Shown: in pieces, positions 1 to 16,297 of the stretch
How positions within the stretch are numbered: the first letter of the stretch is position 1
Layout: every line of letters starts with the position of its first letter
Source of the DNA: an uncultured Chloroflexia bacterium
Lineage (GTDB): Bacteria; Chloroflexota; Limnocylindria; Limnocylindrales; CSP1-4
DNA: 64,000 nucleotides
Direction: 5' to 3'
NCBI GenBank assembly: GCA_963746845.1
Contig: CAVVCZ010000004.1
Location: forward strand, 1,216,001 to 1,280,000
Program-made: the position numbers and the translations under genes
Notes under the pieces: model-generated
What the model saw: only the letters and a program-made list of their open reading frames with translations
What the model was told of the DNA's origin: nothing
The model's database searches: none

Positions 1-225
1 CGGCACGCCGAGCTTGTCGCGCTTGAAGTCGATCCTGCGGTAGTGCTGCTTCTCACCGCCACCGCGGTGGCGGACCGTCATCCGTCCGGCGTTGTTCCGG
101 CCGGAGCCGCGCTTCTGTGGCTCGAGGAGCGGCTTGTGCGGCTCGTCGGTCGTGATCTCCTCGAACGTCGAGCGGGTCATGAACCGACGACCGGGAGAGG
201 TCGCCTTGTACGAACGAAGCGGCAT
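1..225 (-). CDS. rplB: 50S ribosomal protein L2 (5' part, runs off the window)
   Basis: Manual translation from ATG at 225: [24 protein letters not shown]...[16 protein letters not shown]...YRRIDFKR; follows rplW as in the S10 operon. Confidence 0.97.
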   Translation of the reverse strand, partial: MPLRSYKATSPGRRFMTRSTFEEITTDEPHKPLLEPQKRGSGRNNAGRMTVRHRGGGEKQHYRRIDFKRDKLGVP

Positions 226-227
226 CG

Positions 228-566
228 TCAGACCCCCTCGAAGAACTCGATCTTCTGGCCGGGGGCCAGGGTGACGATCGCCTTGCGCCACGGCGTGGTG
301 AAGCCGAGAATCCGGCCGCGCTTGGTGCCGCGGCGCTTCTCCTTGGCCTTCGTCGTCAGGACGTTGACGCTGACGACGGTGACCTTCTCCTTGGCGTAGA
401 GCTCCTCGATCGCCTCCTTGATCTGGATCTTGTTGGCGTCGTGGTGGACGGCGAACGTGTACTTGTTGCCCACGCGCGGGTTCCGGTCGGTCAGGGTCGA
501 GACGTCGATCGACTTCTCGCTGATCACCGGGCGCAGGATGATGTCGGTGGCGGTCAGGACGCTCAC
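228..566 (-). CDS. rplW: 50S ribosomal protein L23
   Basis: [10 protein letters not shown]...KYTFAV...[11 protein letters not shown]...WRKAIVTL; S10 operon position. Confidence 0.97.
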   Translation of the reverse strand: MSVLTATDIILRPVISEKSIDVSTLTDRNPRVGNKYTFAVHHDANKIQIKEAIEELYAKEKVTVVSVNVLTTKAKEKRRGTKRGRILGFTTPWRKAIVTLAPGQKIEFFEGV

Positions 567-1186
567 GCGTACACCTCCTCCATCCGGGCGAGGGCGGGCT
601 GCTCGATCAGGACCACGTCGGCCTTCAGCAGGTCGACGACGTTGAGCGAGTCGGCGAGGATCACCTCGACGGTCGGCAGGTTCCGCGCGGACAGCTCGAG
701 CTTGTCGTCGCGGCCCGGGGCGACGACGAGGACCCGGCCGTGGGCCTCGAGCGCCCCGAGGACGCCGGCGAGGTCGCGAGTCTTGATCGCCTCGAGCCCG
801 AACGCGTCGATCACCTTGATCGCCTCGTCCCCGAGCTTCGCGGTCAGGGCGCCGCGCAGGGCGAGGCGCTTCATCTTCCGCGGCAGGCGCTGCTCGTAGC
901 TGCGCGGGTGCGGGCCGAAGACGGCCCCGCCGCCGCGATAGTGCGGCGCGGTGCGCGAGCCCTGGCGGGCGCGGCCGGTGCCCTTCTGGCGGTACGGCTT
1001 CTTGCCGCCGCCGCGGACCTCGCCGCGGGTCTTCGTGTCGTGCGTGCCGATCCGGCGGCCGGCCAGCTGGGCCGTCACCACCTGGTGGAGGACGGCGGCG
1101 TTGACGGGCGCGGCGAACAGCGCGTCGGCCAGCTCGACGCTGCCGACGGACTTGCCGGTCCGGTCGTAGAGGGTGGTCTGCGGCAT
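563..1186 (-). CDS. rplD: 50S ribosomal protein L4
   Basis: [27 protein letters not shown] motif. Confidence 0.98.
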   Translation of the reverse strand: MPQTTLYDRTGKSVGSVELADALFAAPVNAAVLHQVVTAQLAGRRIGTHDTKTRGEVRGGGKKPYRQKGTGRARQGSRTAPHYRGGGAVFGPHPRSYEQRLPRKMKRLALRGALTAKLGDEAIKVIDAFGLEAIKTRDLAGVLGALEAHGRVLVVAPGRDDKLELSARNLPTVEVILADSLNVVDLLKADVVLIEQPALARMEEVYA

Positions 1187-1188
1187 CG

Positions 1189-1812
1189 TCAGGCCTTCTT
1201 CACGAGGATGAGCGAGCCACGCGCGCCCGGCAGCGACCCCTTCACGAGGAGGAGGTTCTTGTCCGGGTCGGCGCGGACGACCCGCACCTTCTTGATCGTC
1301 GCCCGCTGGTCGCCCATGTGGCCGGCCATCCGGAGACCCTTGTAGACGCGGCCCGGGGTCGTGCCGGGGCCGATCGAGCCGGGCTCGCGGTGATGGTCCG
1401 ACCCGTGGGTCTTGGGACCGCGCTTGAAGTTGTGGCGCTTGATCTGGCCGGCGAAGCCCTTGCCCTTCGAGACGCCCGTGACGTCGACAAGGTCGCCGTC
1501 GGCGAAGACGTCGGCGAGCGCGATCGTCTGGCCGACCTCGTACCCGTCGACGCTGTCGAGCCGGAACTCGCGGATCGTCGCGAGGGACTGGCCGGCCTTC
1601 GGCAGGTCCTTCAGCTGGCCCGCCTCGGGCTTCGTGAGCCGCTTGGCCGGATGCGTCCCGAGCTGGACGGCCGTGTAGCCGTCGCGCGCCTCGGTCCGGA
1701 GGCGGGTCACGGTATTCGGTTCGATGGCCAGGACGCTGACGGCCACCATCGTGCCGTCGGCCTGGAACACCTGGGTCACGCCGACCTTGCGGCCGATCAA
1801 TCCAATGCTCAT
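1189..1812 (-). CDS. rplC: 50S ribosomal protein L3
   Basis: GLIGRKVG...DGYTAVQLG...SKGKGFAG...HREPGSIG...MAGHMG. Confidence 0.98.
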   Translation of the reverse strand: MSIGLIGRKVGVTQVFQADGTMVAVSVLAIEPNTVTRLRTEARDGYTAVQLGTHPAKRLTKPEAGQLKDLPKAGQSLATIREFRLDSVDGYEVGQTIALADVFADGDLVDVTGVSKGKGFAGQIKRHNFKRGPKTHGSDHHREPGSIGPGTTPGRVYKGLRMAGHMGDQRATIKKVRVVRADPDKNLLLVKGSLPGARGSLILVKKA

Positions 1813-1822
1813 GACGCTCTGA

Positions 1823-2131
1823 TCACATCTTGATTTCGATGTCGACGCCCGCGGCCAGCGAGAGTCGCATCAGGGCGTCGACCGTCTTCGAGCTCGGGTC
1901 CAGGATGTCGACGAGCCGCTTGTGCGTGCGGATCTCGAACTGCTCCCGGCTGTCCTTGTCGATGAAGGGCGACCGCAGGACGGTGAACTTCTCGATGCGC
2001 GTGGGCAGCGGCACCGGACCGACGACGTCCGCGCCGGTCCGCTGGGCCGTCTCGACGATCTGGGCCGCCGACTGATCGAGCAGCCGGTGGTCGTAGGCCT
2101 TGAGGCGGATCCTGATCCGCTGCTTTGCCAT
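1823..2131 (-). CDS. rpsJ: 30S ribosomal protein S10
   Basis: [15 protein letters not shown]...GPVPLPT...[13 protein letters not shown]; start trimmed to ATG at 2131. Confidence 0.98.
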   Translation of the reverse strand: MAKQRIRIRLKAYDHRLLDQSAAQIVETAQRTGADVVGPVPLPTRIEKFTVLRSPFIDKDSREQFEIRTHKRLVDILDPSSKTVDALMRLSLAAGVDIEIKM

Positions 2132-2138
2132 GTCGTCC

Positions 2139-3335
2139 CTACTCGACGATCGTGACGATGGCGCCGGCGCCGACGGTCCGGCCACCCTCGCGGATGGCGA
2201 ACCGCTGGCCGACCTCGAGGGCGATCGGGGTGATCAGCTCGACGCTCATCTCGACGTTGTCGCCGGGCATGATCATCTCGGCCCCGTCGGGCAGCCCGAT
2301 CGCACCGGTCACGTCGGTCGTGCGCAGGTAGAACTGCGGCCGGTAGCCGTTGTAGAAGGGGGTGTGGCGGCCGCCCTCCTCCTTGGTCAGGACGTAGACC
2401 TGCGCCGTGAACTTCGTGTGGGGCTTGACCGAGCCGGTCTTGGCCAGGACCTGGCCGCGCTCGATCTCCTCGCGCTCGATGCCCCGGATCAGGCAGCCGA
2501 CGTTGTCGCCGGCGCGGCCCTCGTCGAGGAGCTTCTTGAACATCTCGACGCCGGTCACGACGATCTTGCGGGTGGCCTTCACGCCGACCAGCTCGACCTC
2601 GTCGCCGACCTTGACGATGCCGCGCTCGATCCGCCCGGTGGCGACCGTCCCCCGGCCCTTGATCCCGAACACGTCCTCGACCGGCATGAGGAACGGCTTG
2701 TCGATCGCCCGCTCGGGGGTCGGGATGTACGCGTCGACCGCGTCCATCAGCTCCTGGATCGGGGCGTACGCCGGGTTGGACGGATCGTCCGGTGCCTCGA
2801 GCGCCTTGAGGGCGCTGCCGCGCACGACCGGCAGGTCGTCGCCCGGGAAGTTGTACTTGCTCAGCAGCTCGCGGACCTCGAGCTCGACGAGGTCGAGCAG
2901 CTCCGGGTCGTCGACCATGTCGACCTTGTTGAGGAACACGACGATGTACGGGACCTCGACCTGGCGGGCGAGCAGGATGTGCTCGCGGGTCTGGGGCATC
3001 GGGCCGTCGGTCGCGGCGACGACGAGGATCGCGCCGTCCATCTGGGCGGCACCGGTGATCATGTTCTTGATGTAGTCGGCGTGGCCCGGGCAGTCGACGT
3101 GGGCGTAGTGGCGCTTGTCGGTCTCGTACTCGACGTGGGCGATCGCGATCGTGATCCCGCGCTCCCGCTCCTCGGGGGCGTTGTCGATCGTGTCGAACGC
3201 GCGGTACTCCGCCTCGCCCTTCAGGGCGAGGTACTTGGTGATCGCCGCGGTCAGGCTCGTCTTGCCGTGGTCGATGTGGCCGATCGTGCCGATGTTCACG
3301 TGCGGCTTGGTGCGCTCGAACTTCTTCTTGGCCAT
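2139..3335 (-). CDS. tuf: Elongation factor Tu (copy in str operon)
   Basis: [17 protein letters not shown] motifs; follows fusA. Confidence 0.99.
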   Translation of the reverse strand: MAKKKFERTKPHVNIGTIGHIDHGKTSLTAAITKYLALKGEAEYRAFDTIDNAPEERERGITIAIAHVEYETDKRHYAHVDCPGHADYIKNMITGAAQMDGAILVVAATDGPMPQTREHILLARQVEVPYIVVFLNKVDMVDDPELLDLVELEVRELLSKYNFPGDDLPVVRGSALKALEAPDDPSNPAYAPIQELMDAVDAYIPTPERAIDKPFLMPVEDVFGIKGRGTVATGRIERGIVKVGDEVELVGVKATRKIVVTGVEMFKKLLDEGRAGDNVGCLIRGIEREEIERGQVLAKTGSVKPHTKFTAQVYVLTKEEGGRHTPFYNGYRPQFYLRTTDVTGAIGLPDGAEMIMPGDNVEMSVELITPIALEVGQRFAIREGGRTVGAGAIVTIVE

Positions 3336-3372
3336 CTCGTGACTGCTCCCTGGCTCCTGCCCCTCCGGGCGC

Positions 3373-5448
3373 CTAGACCTTCGACTTCTGGACGAGCTCC
3401 GAGGCCAGGCTGGCCGGGACCTCGGCGTAGTGACTGAACTCCATCGACGACGTCGCGCGACCCTGGGTCATCGACCGCAGGTCCGTGACGTAGCCGAACA
3501 TCTGGGCCAGCGGGACGAAGGCCCGGACGACCTGGGTCGATCCGCGCGACTCCATGCCCTCGATCTGGCCGCGACGGCTGTTGAGGTCGCCGATCACGTC
3601 GCCCATGAACTCCTCGGGCATCGTGACCTCGACCCGCATGATCGGCTCGAGGATCGCCGGATCGGCCTTCGCGAACGCGTCCTTGATCGCGAGCGAGCCC
3701 GCGATCTTGAACGCCATCTCGGACGAGTCCACCTCGTGGAACGACCCGTCGAACAGGGTGACCTTGATGTCGACGACCGGATACCCGGCGTAGATGCCGG
3801 TCTGGAGCGCCTCCTGGATGCCCTGGTCGATCGGCTTGATGTACTCGCGCGGGATCGCGCCGCCGACGATCTTGTCGACGAACTCGTAGCCCGCGCCCTT
3901 CTCGGTCGGCTCGATCCGGATGATCGCGTCGCCGTACTGGCCCTTGCCGCCGGACTGACGGACATGACGGCCCCGTCCCTCGGCGGCGCGCCGGATCGTC
4001 TCGCGGTAGGAGACCTGCGGCTTGCCGATGTTCGCGGCGACCTTGAACTCGCGGATCATCCGGTCGACGAGGACGTCGAGGTGGAGCTCGCCCATCCCGG
4101 CGATCAGGGTCTCGGACGACTCCGGGTCGGTGTGGACGCGGAAGGTCGGATCCTCCTCGGCGAGCCGCTGGAGGGCGACCGCGAGCTTGTCCTGGTCGGC
4201 CTTCGTCTTCGGCTCGATCTTGACTTCGATGACCGGCTCCGGGAAGGTCATCGACTCGAGGATGATTTGGTGATCCGGATCGGTCAGCGTGTCGCCGGTG
4301 AAGGTGTCCTTCAGCCCGACGGCGGCGGCGATGTCGCCCGCGTAGACCTCGTCGATCTCCTCGCGATGGTTCGCGTGCATCTGGAGGATGCGCCCGATCC
4401 GCTCCTTCTTGCCCTTGGTCGGGTTCGTGACGTACGAGCCCGCCTTGAGCGTGCCGGAGTACACCCGGAAGAAGGCGAGCTTGCCGACGAACGGGTCCGC
4501 GGCGATCTTGAAGGCGAGAGCGCTGAACGGCTCCGTGTCGTCCGGGGTGCGGATCACCTCGTTGCCGGTCCGGACGTCGATGCCGATCATCGGCGGCACG
4601 TCGAGCGGCGACGGGAGGTAGTCGACGACCGCGTCGAGCATCTTCTGGATGCCCTTGTTGCGGAGCGCCGAGCCGGTCAGGACGGGGATGATCTTCGTCG
4701 TGAGGGTCCCGAGACGGAGGCCGCGCTTGATCTCGGCGACCGTCAGCTCCTCGCCCTCGAGGTACTTGTGGGTGAGGTCGTCGTCCATCTCGGCGACCGC
4801 CTCGATCATGACGTGGCGATGCTTGTCCGCCTCGGCCCGCAGCTCGGCCGGGATGTCGACGACCTCGATGTTGTTGCCGAGGTCGTCCCGGTAGTAGATC
4901 GCCTTCATCTCGACGAGATCGATGACGCCCTGGAACTGGTCCTCGCGGCCGATCGGGATCTGGATCGGCACCGCGTTCGCGCCCAGGCGGTCGCGGATCG
5001 AGTCGACGCCGCGCCAGAAGTCGGCGCCGGTCCGGTCGAGCTTGTTGATGAAGCAGAAGCGCGGCACGCCGTAGCGGTCGGCCTGGCGCCAGACCGTCTC
5101 GGACTGGGGCTCGACGCCGGCGACGCCGTCGAACACGACGACCGCGCCGTCGAGGACCCGGAGGCTCCGCTCGACCTCGACCGTAAAGTCCACGTGCCCG
5201 GGCGTATCGATGATGTTGATGCGATGATCGCCCCAGAACGCCGTCGTCGCCGCAGCGGTGATCGTGATCCCCCGCTCCTGCTCCTGGGGCATCCAGTCCA
5301 TCGTGGCAGCGCCCTCATGGACCTCGCCGATCTTGTAGATCTTCTTCGTGTAGAAGAGGATCCGCTCGGTGACGGTCGTCTTGCCGGCGTCGATATGCGC
5401 AATGATTCCGATGTTCCGCGTGCGTGCGAGCGGAACCTGACGTGCCAC
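3373..5448 (-). CDS. fusA: Elongation factor G
   Basis: [27 protein letters not shown]; 691 aa. Confidence 0.99.
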   Translation of the reverse strand: MARQVPLARTRNIGIIAHIDAGKTTVTERILFYTKKIYKIGEVHEGAATMDWMPQEQERGITITAAATTAFWGDHRINIIDTPGHVDFTVEVERSLRVLDGAVVVFDGVAGVEPQSETVWRQADRYGVPRFCFINKLDRTGADFWRGVDSIRDRLGANAVPIQIPIGREDQFQGVIDLVEMKAIYYRDDLGNNIEVVDIPAELRAEADKHRHVMIEAVAEMDDDLTHKYLEGEELTVAEIKRGLRLGTLTTKIIPVLTGSALRNKGIQKMLDAVVDYLPSPLDVPPMIGIDVRTGNEVIRTPDDTEPFSALAFKIAADPFVGKLAFFRVYSGTLKAGSYVTNPTKGKKERIGRILQMHANHREEIDEVYAGDIAAAVGLKDTFTGDTLTDPDHQIILESMTFPEPVIEVKIEPKTKADQDKLAVALQRLAEEDPTFRVHTDPESSETLIAGMGELHLDVLVDRMIREFKVAANIGKPQVSYRETIRRAAEGRGRHVRQSGGKGQYGDAIIRIEPTEKGAGYEFVDKIVGGAIPREYIKPIDQGIQEALQTGIYAGYPVVDIKVTLFDGSFHEVDSSEMAFKIAGSLAIKDAFAKADPAILEPIMRVEVTMPEEFMGDVIGDLNSRRGQIEGMESRGSTQVVRAFVPLAQMFGYVTDLRSMTQGRATSSMEFSHYAEVPASLASELVQKSKV

Positions 5449-5470
5449 GGTGTTCTCTAGGCTCCTGGGT

Positions 5471-5938
5471 CTACCACTTGAAATGGCTGAAGGCGCGGTT
5501 CGCCTCCGCCATCTTGTGCGTGTCTTCGCGGCGCTTCACGGCGGCGCCGAGGCCGTTCATCGCGTCGACCAGCTCCTGGGCGAGCTTGTCGCTCATGCTC
5601 TTGCCGCTCCGCTTGCGGGCCGCCTGGACGAGCCAGCGGACGCCGAGCGACAGGCGGCGATCGCCGCGGATCTCGACCGGGACCTGGTAGGTCGCGCCGC
5701 CGACGCGGCGGGGCTTGACCTCGATGATCGGGGTGGCGTTGCGGAGGGCCGCCTCGAGGACCTCGAGGCCGGGCCGATGGGCGGTGGCCTCGGCGCGCGC
5801 GAGGGCCTGGCGCAGGATCCGATCCGACAGGTTGCGCTTGCCGTTCGCCATGAGCTTGGCGGTGAAGCGCGCCGTCGTGCGGTTCGCCGGCTCCGTGTGG
5901 TACTTGGTCATGCGCGGGATCGACTGACGGCGGGGCAT
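5471..5938 (-). CDS. rpsG: 30S ribosomal protein S7 (divergent N-terminus)
   Basis: [17 protein letters not shown]...[15 protein letters not shown]. Confidence 0.98.
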   Translation of the reverse strand: MPRRQSIPRMTKYHTEPANRTTARFTAKLMANGKRNLSDRILRQALARAEATAHRPGLEVLEAALRNATPIIEVKPRRVGGATYQVPVEIRGDRRLSLGVRWLVQAARKRSGKSMSDKLAQELVDAMNGLGAAVKRREDTHKMAEANRAFSHFKW

Positions 5939-6369
5939 TACTTCCTGCCTCCGGGCCCGGTCGCCGCCTTCGCTCCGTACTTGCTGCGGCCCTGCTTGCG
6001 ATCCCGCACGCCGGCCGCGTCGAGGGTGCCCCGGATGATGTGGTACTTGACCGACGGGAGGTCCCGGACGGGGCCCCCACGGACCAGCACGACCGAGTGC
6101 TCCTGGAGGTTGTGGCCGATCCCGGGGACGTAGGCGGTCACTTCCATCTGGTTCGACAGCCGCACGCGCGCGATCTTGCGCAGCGCCGAGTTCGGCTTGC
6201 GGGGCGTCATCGTCCGGACCTGGAGACAGACACCGCGCTTCTGCGGGGCGCCCGGAATGGACACCTGCTTGCGGTCCAGGCCGTTCCAGCTCTTGCGCAT
6301 GGCCGGCGCCTTGATCTTGGAGATCTTGCGGGTGCGGCCGTGTCGCACGAGCTGGCTGATCGTCGGCAC
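5938..6369 (-). CDS. rpsL: 30S ribosomal protein S12
   Basis: GTG start, PTISQLVR...PQKRGVC...PNSALRK...HNLQEHS. Confidence 0.98.
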   Translation of the reverse strand: MPTISQLVRHGRTRKISKIKAPAMRKSWNGLDRKQVSIPGAPQKRGVCLQVRTMTPRKPNSALRKIARVRLSNQMEVTAYVPGIGHNLQEHSVVLVRGGPVRDLPSVKYHIIRGTLDAAGVRDRKQGRSKYGAKAATGPGGRK

Positions 6370-6532
6370 GAAGACGCTGCTCCTTTCGGTCCGATGTGTC
6401 ACTGGGCGGGGGTCGCCGGCGTGTCGCCGGCGGCGCGAGCGGTCAGGCTCGCGGGACCCTCCTGGGGTGGTGTTCTCGTCGGGTGGTCGACGCGCAGTCG
6501 ACCGCGGACCCCTCCCGAGGCCACGAACGCGG

Positions 6533-6562
6533 AGTGTATCAGCGGCCCGAAAACCGTGTCAA
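6533..6562 (-). promoter_or_regulatory. sigma70-type promoter of the str operon
   Basis: TTGACA (6562-6557), 18 nt, TACACT (6538-6533), preceded by TGA (extended -10). Confidence 0.75.
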
Positions 6563-6628
6563 ACGAGAATCGGGCCGCCGTCACGTTCAAAACGCACCAC
6601 CCGAACGACGCTCCGGGGGTGCCCGGGA

Positions 6629-11140
<4,512 letters not shown>

Positions 11141-11247
11141 GGTTCTCCTCGGCGCCACCGCCTGGCCCGGCGGCGCGATGCGGCCTCAGGACGAGCGAGG
11201 CCGGTCCGGCCGGGCCTCCACCCGGCCGGTGCGAAAGCAGTGTTCGG

Positions 11248-14200
11248 TCAGTCCTCGAACCCGGCGAGGTTGATCCCGCCGAGATCCGGGAGCATGTAGC
11301 CGGAGACGTCGTCTTCGGCGAGCTGGATCTCCTCGTCGTTCTGATCGAGGATCTCCGCGTTCAGCCCGAGGCTGCGCAGCTCCTTGATCAGGACCTTGAA
11401 GGACTCGGGGACGCGCGGCGGCTGGATCTCCTCCCCCTTCACGATGGCTTCGTACGTCTGGACACGCCCGAGGACGTCGTCCGATTTCACGGTCAGCAGC
11501 TCCTGGAGGATGTTCGCGGCCCCGTAGGCCTCGAGCGCCCAGACCTCCATCTCGCCGAACCGCTGGCCGCCGAACTGGGCCTTGCCACCGAGCGGCTGCT
11601 GGGTGATCAGGCTGTACGGGCCGGTCGACCGGGCGTGGATCTTGTCCTCGACGAGGTGGTGGAGCTTGAGCATGTAGATGTAGCCGACGGTGATCGGACG
11701 ATCGAACTTCTCGCCCGTCCGTCCGTCGCGAAGGACGATCTTGCCGTCCTCGGGCAGGCCGGCCTCCTTGAGCTCGGCCTTGATCTGCTCCTCGGTCGCG
11801 CCGTCGAAGACGGCGGTCGCCGCCTTTTGGCCCTTCTCGTGGAGCGCCCAGCCGAGGTGCGTCTCGAGGATCTGGCCGATGTTCATCCGGCTCGGCACGC
11901 CGAGCGGGTTGAGGATGATGTCGACCGGCGTCCCGTCCGGCAGGAACGGCATGTCCTCCGCCGGCAGGATCTTGGCGATGACGCCCTTGTTGCCGTGGCG
12001 GCCGGCCATCTTGTCGCCGACGCTGATCTTCCGCTTCTGGGCGACCGACACCCGGACCAGGCGGTTGACGCCCGGCTGGAGGTCGTCGTTCAGCTCGCGC
12101 CGGAACTCCCGGATCTCGACGACCTTGCCGCGCTCGCCGTGGGGCAGGCGCAGGCTCGAGTCCTTCACCTCGCGGGCCTTCTCGCCGAAGATCGCCCGGA
12201 GGAGGCGCTCCTCCGCGGTCAGCTCCGTCTCGCCCTTCGGGGTGATCTTGCCGACGAGGATGTCGCCGGGCCGGACCTCCGCCCCGATGTAGACGATCCC
12301 CTCCTCGTCGAGGTCCTTGAGGGACTCCTCGCCGACGTTCGGGATGTCGCGGGTGATCTCCTCGGGCCCGAGCTTCGTGTCGCGCGACTCGATCTCGTGC
12401 TTCTCGATGTGGATGCTCGTGAAGAGGTCGTCCTTGACGAGGCGGTCGCTGATGACGATCGCGTCCTCGTAGTTGCCGCCCTCCCAGCTCATGAACGCGA
12501 CGAGCACGTTCCGGCCGAGGGCGAGCTCGCCCTCCTGGGTCGACGAGCTGTCGGCGATCGGCTGGCCGTCGCCGACGCGATTGCCGACGTCGACGATCGG
12601 GCGCTGGTTGATGCAGGTGCCCTGGTTGCTGCGGACGAACTTCTGGAGCTTGTACTCGTCGAGCTCGCCCGAGTCGGTCTCGATCCGGATCCGTTCGGCG
12701 GTCACGCTGGTGACGACGCCGGCGCGGCCGGCGACGAGGACCTGGCCGGAGTCGCGCGCGGCGCGCTCCTCCATGCCCGTGCCCACGATCGGCGACTCCG
12801 GCTCGAGGAGCGGCACGGCCTGACGCTGCATGTTCGAGCCCATGAGGGCGCGGTTCGCGTCGTCGTGCTCGAGGAACGGGATGAGCGCCGTCGCGACCGA
12901 GACGACCTGCTTCGGGCTCACGTCCATGTACTCGATCTGGCCCGGGCGCGCCTCCGGGAACGTGTCGCGGTAGCGCGACGGGACGCGCTCGGCGATGAAG
13001 TGGCCGGCCTCGTCGAGCGGCGCGTTCGCCTGGGCGACGACGTGCTCCTCCTCCTCGTCGGCCGGGAGGTACTCGATCTCCGCGGTCACGATCGGCCGGA
13101 TCGGGAAGGCATTGGCCTTCTGCTTCTTCAGCTCGGCGATCGCGGCCGGGGTGAACGCGGCACCGGACTTCAGGACGGTGTCGCCACCCTTCGACAGGAG
13201 GTCGCCACCGGCCTCGTACTCGGCGAGCTTCGGGTCGTCCCAGGCCACCGTCCGCTTGACGCGTCGGTACGGCGTCTCGATGAAGCCGTAGCTATTGATC
13301 CGCCCATAGGTCGCGAGGGACCCGATCAGGCCGATGTTCGGCCCCTCCGGGGTCTCGATCGGGCAGATCCGGCCGTAGTGGCTGTGATGGACGTCGCGGA
13401 CGTCGAACCCGGCCCGTTCTCGGGACAGGCCGCCCGGGCCGAGGGCGCTGAGGCGCCGCTTGGACGTCAGCTCGGCGAGCGGGTTCGTCTGGTCCATGAA
13501 CTGGCTCAGCTGGCTGCCGCCGAAGAACTCCTTCATCGCGGCCACGACGGGCCGGATGTTGATGAGGGCGTTCGGGGTCGCCTTGTCGATCTCCTGGATC
13601 GTCATCCGCTCGCGGACGACGCGCTCCATCCGGAGGAGGCCGATCCGGAACGCGTTCTGGATCAGCTCGCCGTTGGCCCGGATCCGGCGGTTGCCGAGGT
13701 GGTCGATGTCGTCCTTGGCATGGAGGCCGCGGTTCGACTCGATCAGGTTGCCGACGATCGCGGCGATGTCCTCGCGGGTGATCGTCCGCTGCTCGCGCTG
13801 GAGCTCGATGCCCATCCGGCCGGCGACGCCGTCCAGCTTCTTGTTGAACTTGTATCGCCCGACCCGACCGAGGTCGTACCGGCGGAAGTTGAAGAAGAGG
13901 CTCTCGACGAGCTGGCGGGCGTTGTCGCCGGTCGGCGGATCGCCCGGGCGGAGCTTCTTGTAGACCTCGATCAGGGCTTCCTGCTGGGTCTTCGTGAGGT
14001 CCTTGTCGAGCGTGTTCGCGATGAACGGATGCTCGGGATCCGTGTCGACGCTCGAGAAGAGCGCGGCGATCGCGTCGTTCTCCTCGTAGCCGACGGCGCG
14101 GAGGAGGGTCGTCGCGGCGATCTTGCGCTTGCGGTCGACCTTGACCCAGAGCTGGTCCTTGTTGTTGGTCTCGAACTCGAGCCAGGCGCCGCGGTTCGGG

Positions 14201-14700
14201 ATGACCTTCGCGCTGAACAGCATCCGCCCGGAGGCCGGGTCCTCGAGCTCGCTGTAGTAGACGCCGGGCGAGCGGACGAGCTGGCTGACGACGACGCGCT
14301 CGGCGCCGTTGATCACGAAGGTGCCCTGGTCGGTCATCCACGGGTAGTCGCCCATGTAGACCCGCTGGCGCTGGATCTCGCCGGTCTCCTTGATCAGGAG
14401 CTCGACGTTCACGTAGAGCGGCCGGGAGAAGGTGAGGTCCTTGGTCCGGCACTCCTCCTCGGAGTACTTCGGGTCCCCGAACTCGTAGTCCAGGAACTGG
14501 AGCTCCATCACCTTGCCGGTGAAGTCCTTGATCGGGCTGATCTCGTCGAAGAGCTCTCGCAGCCCCTTGTCGATGAACCAGGCGAACGAGTCCAGCTGGA
14601 GCTCGATCAGGTTCGGGATCGGGAGAACTTCGGGGATCCGGGCATAGCGCGTGCGCGCCAGCGCCGAGGCCGTCCGGTTCGACGACTCAGCAGACAGCAT
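11248..14700 (-). CDS. rpoB: DNA-directed RNA polymerase beta subunit
   Basis: [44 protein letters not shown]. Confidence 0.99.
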   Translation of the reverse strand: MLSAESSNRTASALARTRYARIPEVLPIPNLIELQLDSFAWFIDKGLRELFDEISPIKDFTGKVMELQFLDYEFGDPKYSEEECRTKDLTFSRPLYVNVELLIKETGEIQRQRVYMGDYPWMTDQGTFVINGAERVVVSQLVRSPGVYYSELEDPASGRMLFSAKVIPNRGAWLEFETNNKDQLWVKVDRKRKIAATTLLRAVGYEENDAIAALFSSVDTDPEHPFIANTLDKDLTKTQQEALIEVYKKLRPGDPPTGDNARQLVESLFFNFRRYDLGRVGRYKFNKKLDGVAGRMGIELQREQRTITREDIAAIVGNLIESNRGLHAKDDIDHLGNRRIRANGELIQNAFRIGLLRMERVVRERMTIQEIDKATPNALINIRPVVAAMKEFFGGSQLSQFMDQTNPLAELTSKRRLSALGPGGLSRERAGFDVRDVHHSHYGRICPIETPEGPNIGLIGSLATYGRINSYGFIETPYRRVKRTVAWDDPKLAEYEAGGDLLSKGGDTVLKSGAAFTPAAIAELKKQKANAFPIRPIVTAEIEYLPADEEEEHVVAQANAPLDEAGHFIAERVPSRYRDTFPEARPGQIEYMDVSPKQVVSVATALIPFLEHDDANRALMGSNMQRQAVPLLEPESPIVGTGMEERAARDSGQVLVAGRAGVVTSVTAERIRIETDSGELDEYKLQKFVRSNQGTCINQRPIVDVGNRVGDGQPIADSSSTQEGELALGRNVLVAFMSWEGGNYEDAIVISDRLVKDDLFTSIHIEKHEIESRDTKLGPEEITRDIPNVGEESLKDLDEEGIVYIGAEVRPGDILVGKITPKGETELTAEERLLRAIFGEKAREVKDSSLRLPHGERGKVVEIREFRRELNDDLQPGVNRLVRVSVAQKRKISVGDKMAGRHGNKGVIAKILPAEDMPFLPDGTPVDIILNPLGVPSRMNIGQILETHLGWALHEKGQKAATAVFDGATEEQIKAELKEAGLPEDGKIVLRDGRTGEKFDRPITVGYIYMLKLHHLVEDKIHARSTGPYSLITQQPLGGKAQFGGQRFGEMEVWALEAYGAANILQELLTVKSDDVLGRVQTYEAIVKGEEIQPPRVPESFKVLIKELRSLGLNAEILDQNDEEIQLAEDDVSGYMLPDLGGINLAGFED

Positions 14701-14762
14701 GAAACACCACTCCTTGACGGAGGTTGGGAGAGAGGGAGAGGGCCGCGCTCACAGAATTGAAT

Positions 14763-14790
14763 AGGATACCGCGCTCCCGCCCAATGTCAA
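14763..14790 (-). promoter_or_regulatory. Putative rpoBC promoter
   Basis: TTGACA (14790-14785), 16 nt, TATCCT (14768-14763), upstream of GGAG SD and rpoB ATG. Confidence 0.65.
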
Positions 14791-14844
14791 ACGGGCGCCG
14801 GCCTCCCGGCCAGCGCCCATTCGATGGCAGACGCCCCGTCGGGG

Positions 14845-14937
14845 CTAGCGGATCTCGACCTTTGCATCCTCCGGCCGAGGGCTGGCGGGAGCCTGACCTC
14901 GGCCGTCGGAGAATGCCTACCGGATCTCGACCTTTGC
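14845..14937. repeat. 21-bp direct repeat of the rplL 3' end (1 mismatch) bracketing a palindromic element
   Basis: ctaGcggatctcgacctttgc at 14845-14865 vs ctaCcggatctcgacctttgc at 14917-14937, offset 72 bp. Confidence 0.85.
14867..14911. repeat. 45-bp palindromic (REP-like) repeat, copy B
   Basis: tcctc-cggccgagg-gctggcgggagcctga-cctcggccg-tcggag; aligns with copies at 16203, 18362 and 51255. Confidence 0.8.
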
Positions 14938-15318
14938 TCCTTGCTCTTCAAGGGCAGTCTTGATCTTCTCCGCCTCGTCGCGGGCGACGCCTTCCTTGAC
15001 GGGCTTCGGCGCGGCGTCGACGAGGTCCTTGGCCTCCTTGAGGCCGAGCTGCGTCAGCTCGCGGACGACCTTGATCACGGGGATCTTGTTCGGGCCGACC
15101 TCGGTGAGGACCGCGGAGAACTCGGTCTGCTCCTCGGGCGCCGCGGCAGCGGCGCCGTCACCGGCGGCGGCACCGGCGGCCGGGGCCGCGGCAACCGCGA
15201 CCGGGGCCGCGGCGGTGACGCCGTAGCGCTCCTCGAAGCGCTTGATGAACTCGGACAGCTCGAGGACGGTCATCTTGTCGATCGCCTCGAGCAGGTCGTC
15301 CTGGGTCAGGACTGCCAT
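14917..15318 (-). CDS. rplL: 50S ribosomal protein L7/L12
   Basis: [23 protein letters not shown]...EEQTEF...[10 protein letters not shown]; AGGAG SD. Confidence 0.98.
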   Translation of the reverse strand: MAVLTQDDLLEAIDKMTVLELSEFIKRFEERYGVTAAAPVAVAAAPAAGAAAGDGAAAAAPEEQTEFSAVLTEVGPNKIPVIKVVRELTQLGLKEAKDLVDAAPKPVKEGVARDEAEKIKTALEEQGAKVEIR

Positions 15319-15391
15319 GGCATGTCTCCTTGTCGGTGGGCCGGCGGACCGGCCTGGATGGTCTGGCTCATGCGTCGTGGATGGACGCGGG

Positions 15392-15919
15392 TCAGGCGCC
15401 CTCGGCCGCGGCCTTCTGGTCGCGGAGCTGGGCCAGCCCGGAGCCGAGGTTCCGGATGTTGGCGCCGAGCAGGCCGGCCAGGGTCGCGACCGGTGCCTGC
15501 ATCCCGCCCGCCAGCTTGGCGAGGAGGACGTCGCGCGACGGCAGGGTGGCCAGGCTGCGGACGCCGTCGGCGTCGATCGCCCGGTCCCCGAGCACACCGC
15601 CGGTGATCGTCACCAGCTTGAACGGCCGGGTCGCGTCGATGACCGCCTTCGCGGTCGACGACTCGTCGTTGCCGAACGCGATCGCCGTGGGACCGGTCAG
15701 GAGCGGCCCGAGGGCCTCACCGATCGTGTCCCGGGCGGCGATCCGCATGAGGCGGTTCTTCACGACGCGGTAGCTCACGTCCTGCTTGCGCAGGGCGCGA
15801 CGGATCTCCGCGATCTCCTTGACGGTGAGGCCGCGGTACTCGGAGACGATCAGGGTCCGGCTGCCGGCAAGTGCTGCCTGGAGCTCGGCGACGGTCTCCT
15901 TCTTGGCCTCGGTGGGCAT
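15392..15919 (-). CDS. rplJ: 50S ribosomal protein L10
   Basis: [10 protein letters not shown]...EYRGLTV...VVKNRL...[14 protein letters not shown]; AGGAGG SD. Confidence 0.97.
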   Translation of the reverse strand: MPTEAKKETVAELQAALAGSRTLIVSEYRGLTVKEIAEIRRALRKQDVSYRVVKNRLMRIAARDTIGEALGPLLTGPTAIAFGNDESSTAKAVIDATRPFKLVTITGGVLGDRAIDADGVRSLATLPSRDVLLAKLAGGMQAPVATLAGLLGANIRNLGSGLAQLRDQKAAAEGA

Positions 15920-16059
15920 GCTGCCCTCCTCGTTCGTGCGCACGGCCGGTGCGCGGCGGTGGCGCGGCGCGGTCCGGAGACCACGACGCCCCTGCGACGG
16001 CGCCTGTTCGGCTGGCCTGACACGCAGGGGCGCTGCCACCGCGAACGGTGGTTGCACTG

Positions 16060-16190
16060 GTCCTGCCTCGGCGTGCTCGCCGTCGTCCCCGGCGCGGTTG
16101 CCACCGCGCCGATCCGATCCGGCGGATCAAGCCCCGACCGTCACCCCGTGATCGGGGTCGCGGTCTGCGGGCGCAGGCTGTCTCTGGCTG
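16060..16190 (-). promoter_or_regulatory. Probable L10 leader (autoregulatory RNA) in the long rplJ 5' UTR
   Basis: CCAGAGACAGC...GCCGAGGCAGG resembles the AGAC...CCGAGG core of L10 leaders; position upstream of rplJ. Confidence 0.45.
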
Positions 16191-16202
16191 TCCCGTCGAT
16201 GT

Positions 16203-16246
16203 TCCTCGGACCGAGCGCTGGCGGAGCCTGAGCTCGGTCCTCGGAG
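16203..16246. repeat. 44-bp palindromic (REP-like) repeat, copy A
   Basis: tcctc-ggaccgagc-gctggcggagcctga-gctcggtcc-tcggag. Confidence 0.8.
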
Positions 16247-16297
16247 GGTTGCGAAGTATGCCACAGGCCGCTGGAGCGGCCGGAGCTCCTACGCGGT

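Noticed and set aside
6416-6431. 16-bp hairpin ccggcgtgtcgccggc also found at 44995-45010
   Set aside because: Short, self-complementary and GC-rich; two copies could be chance.
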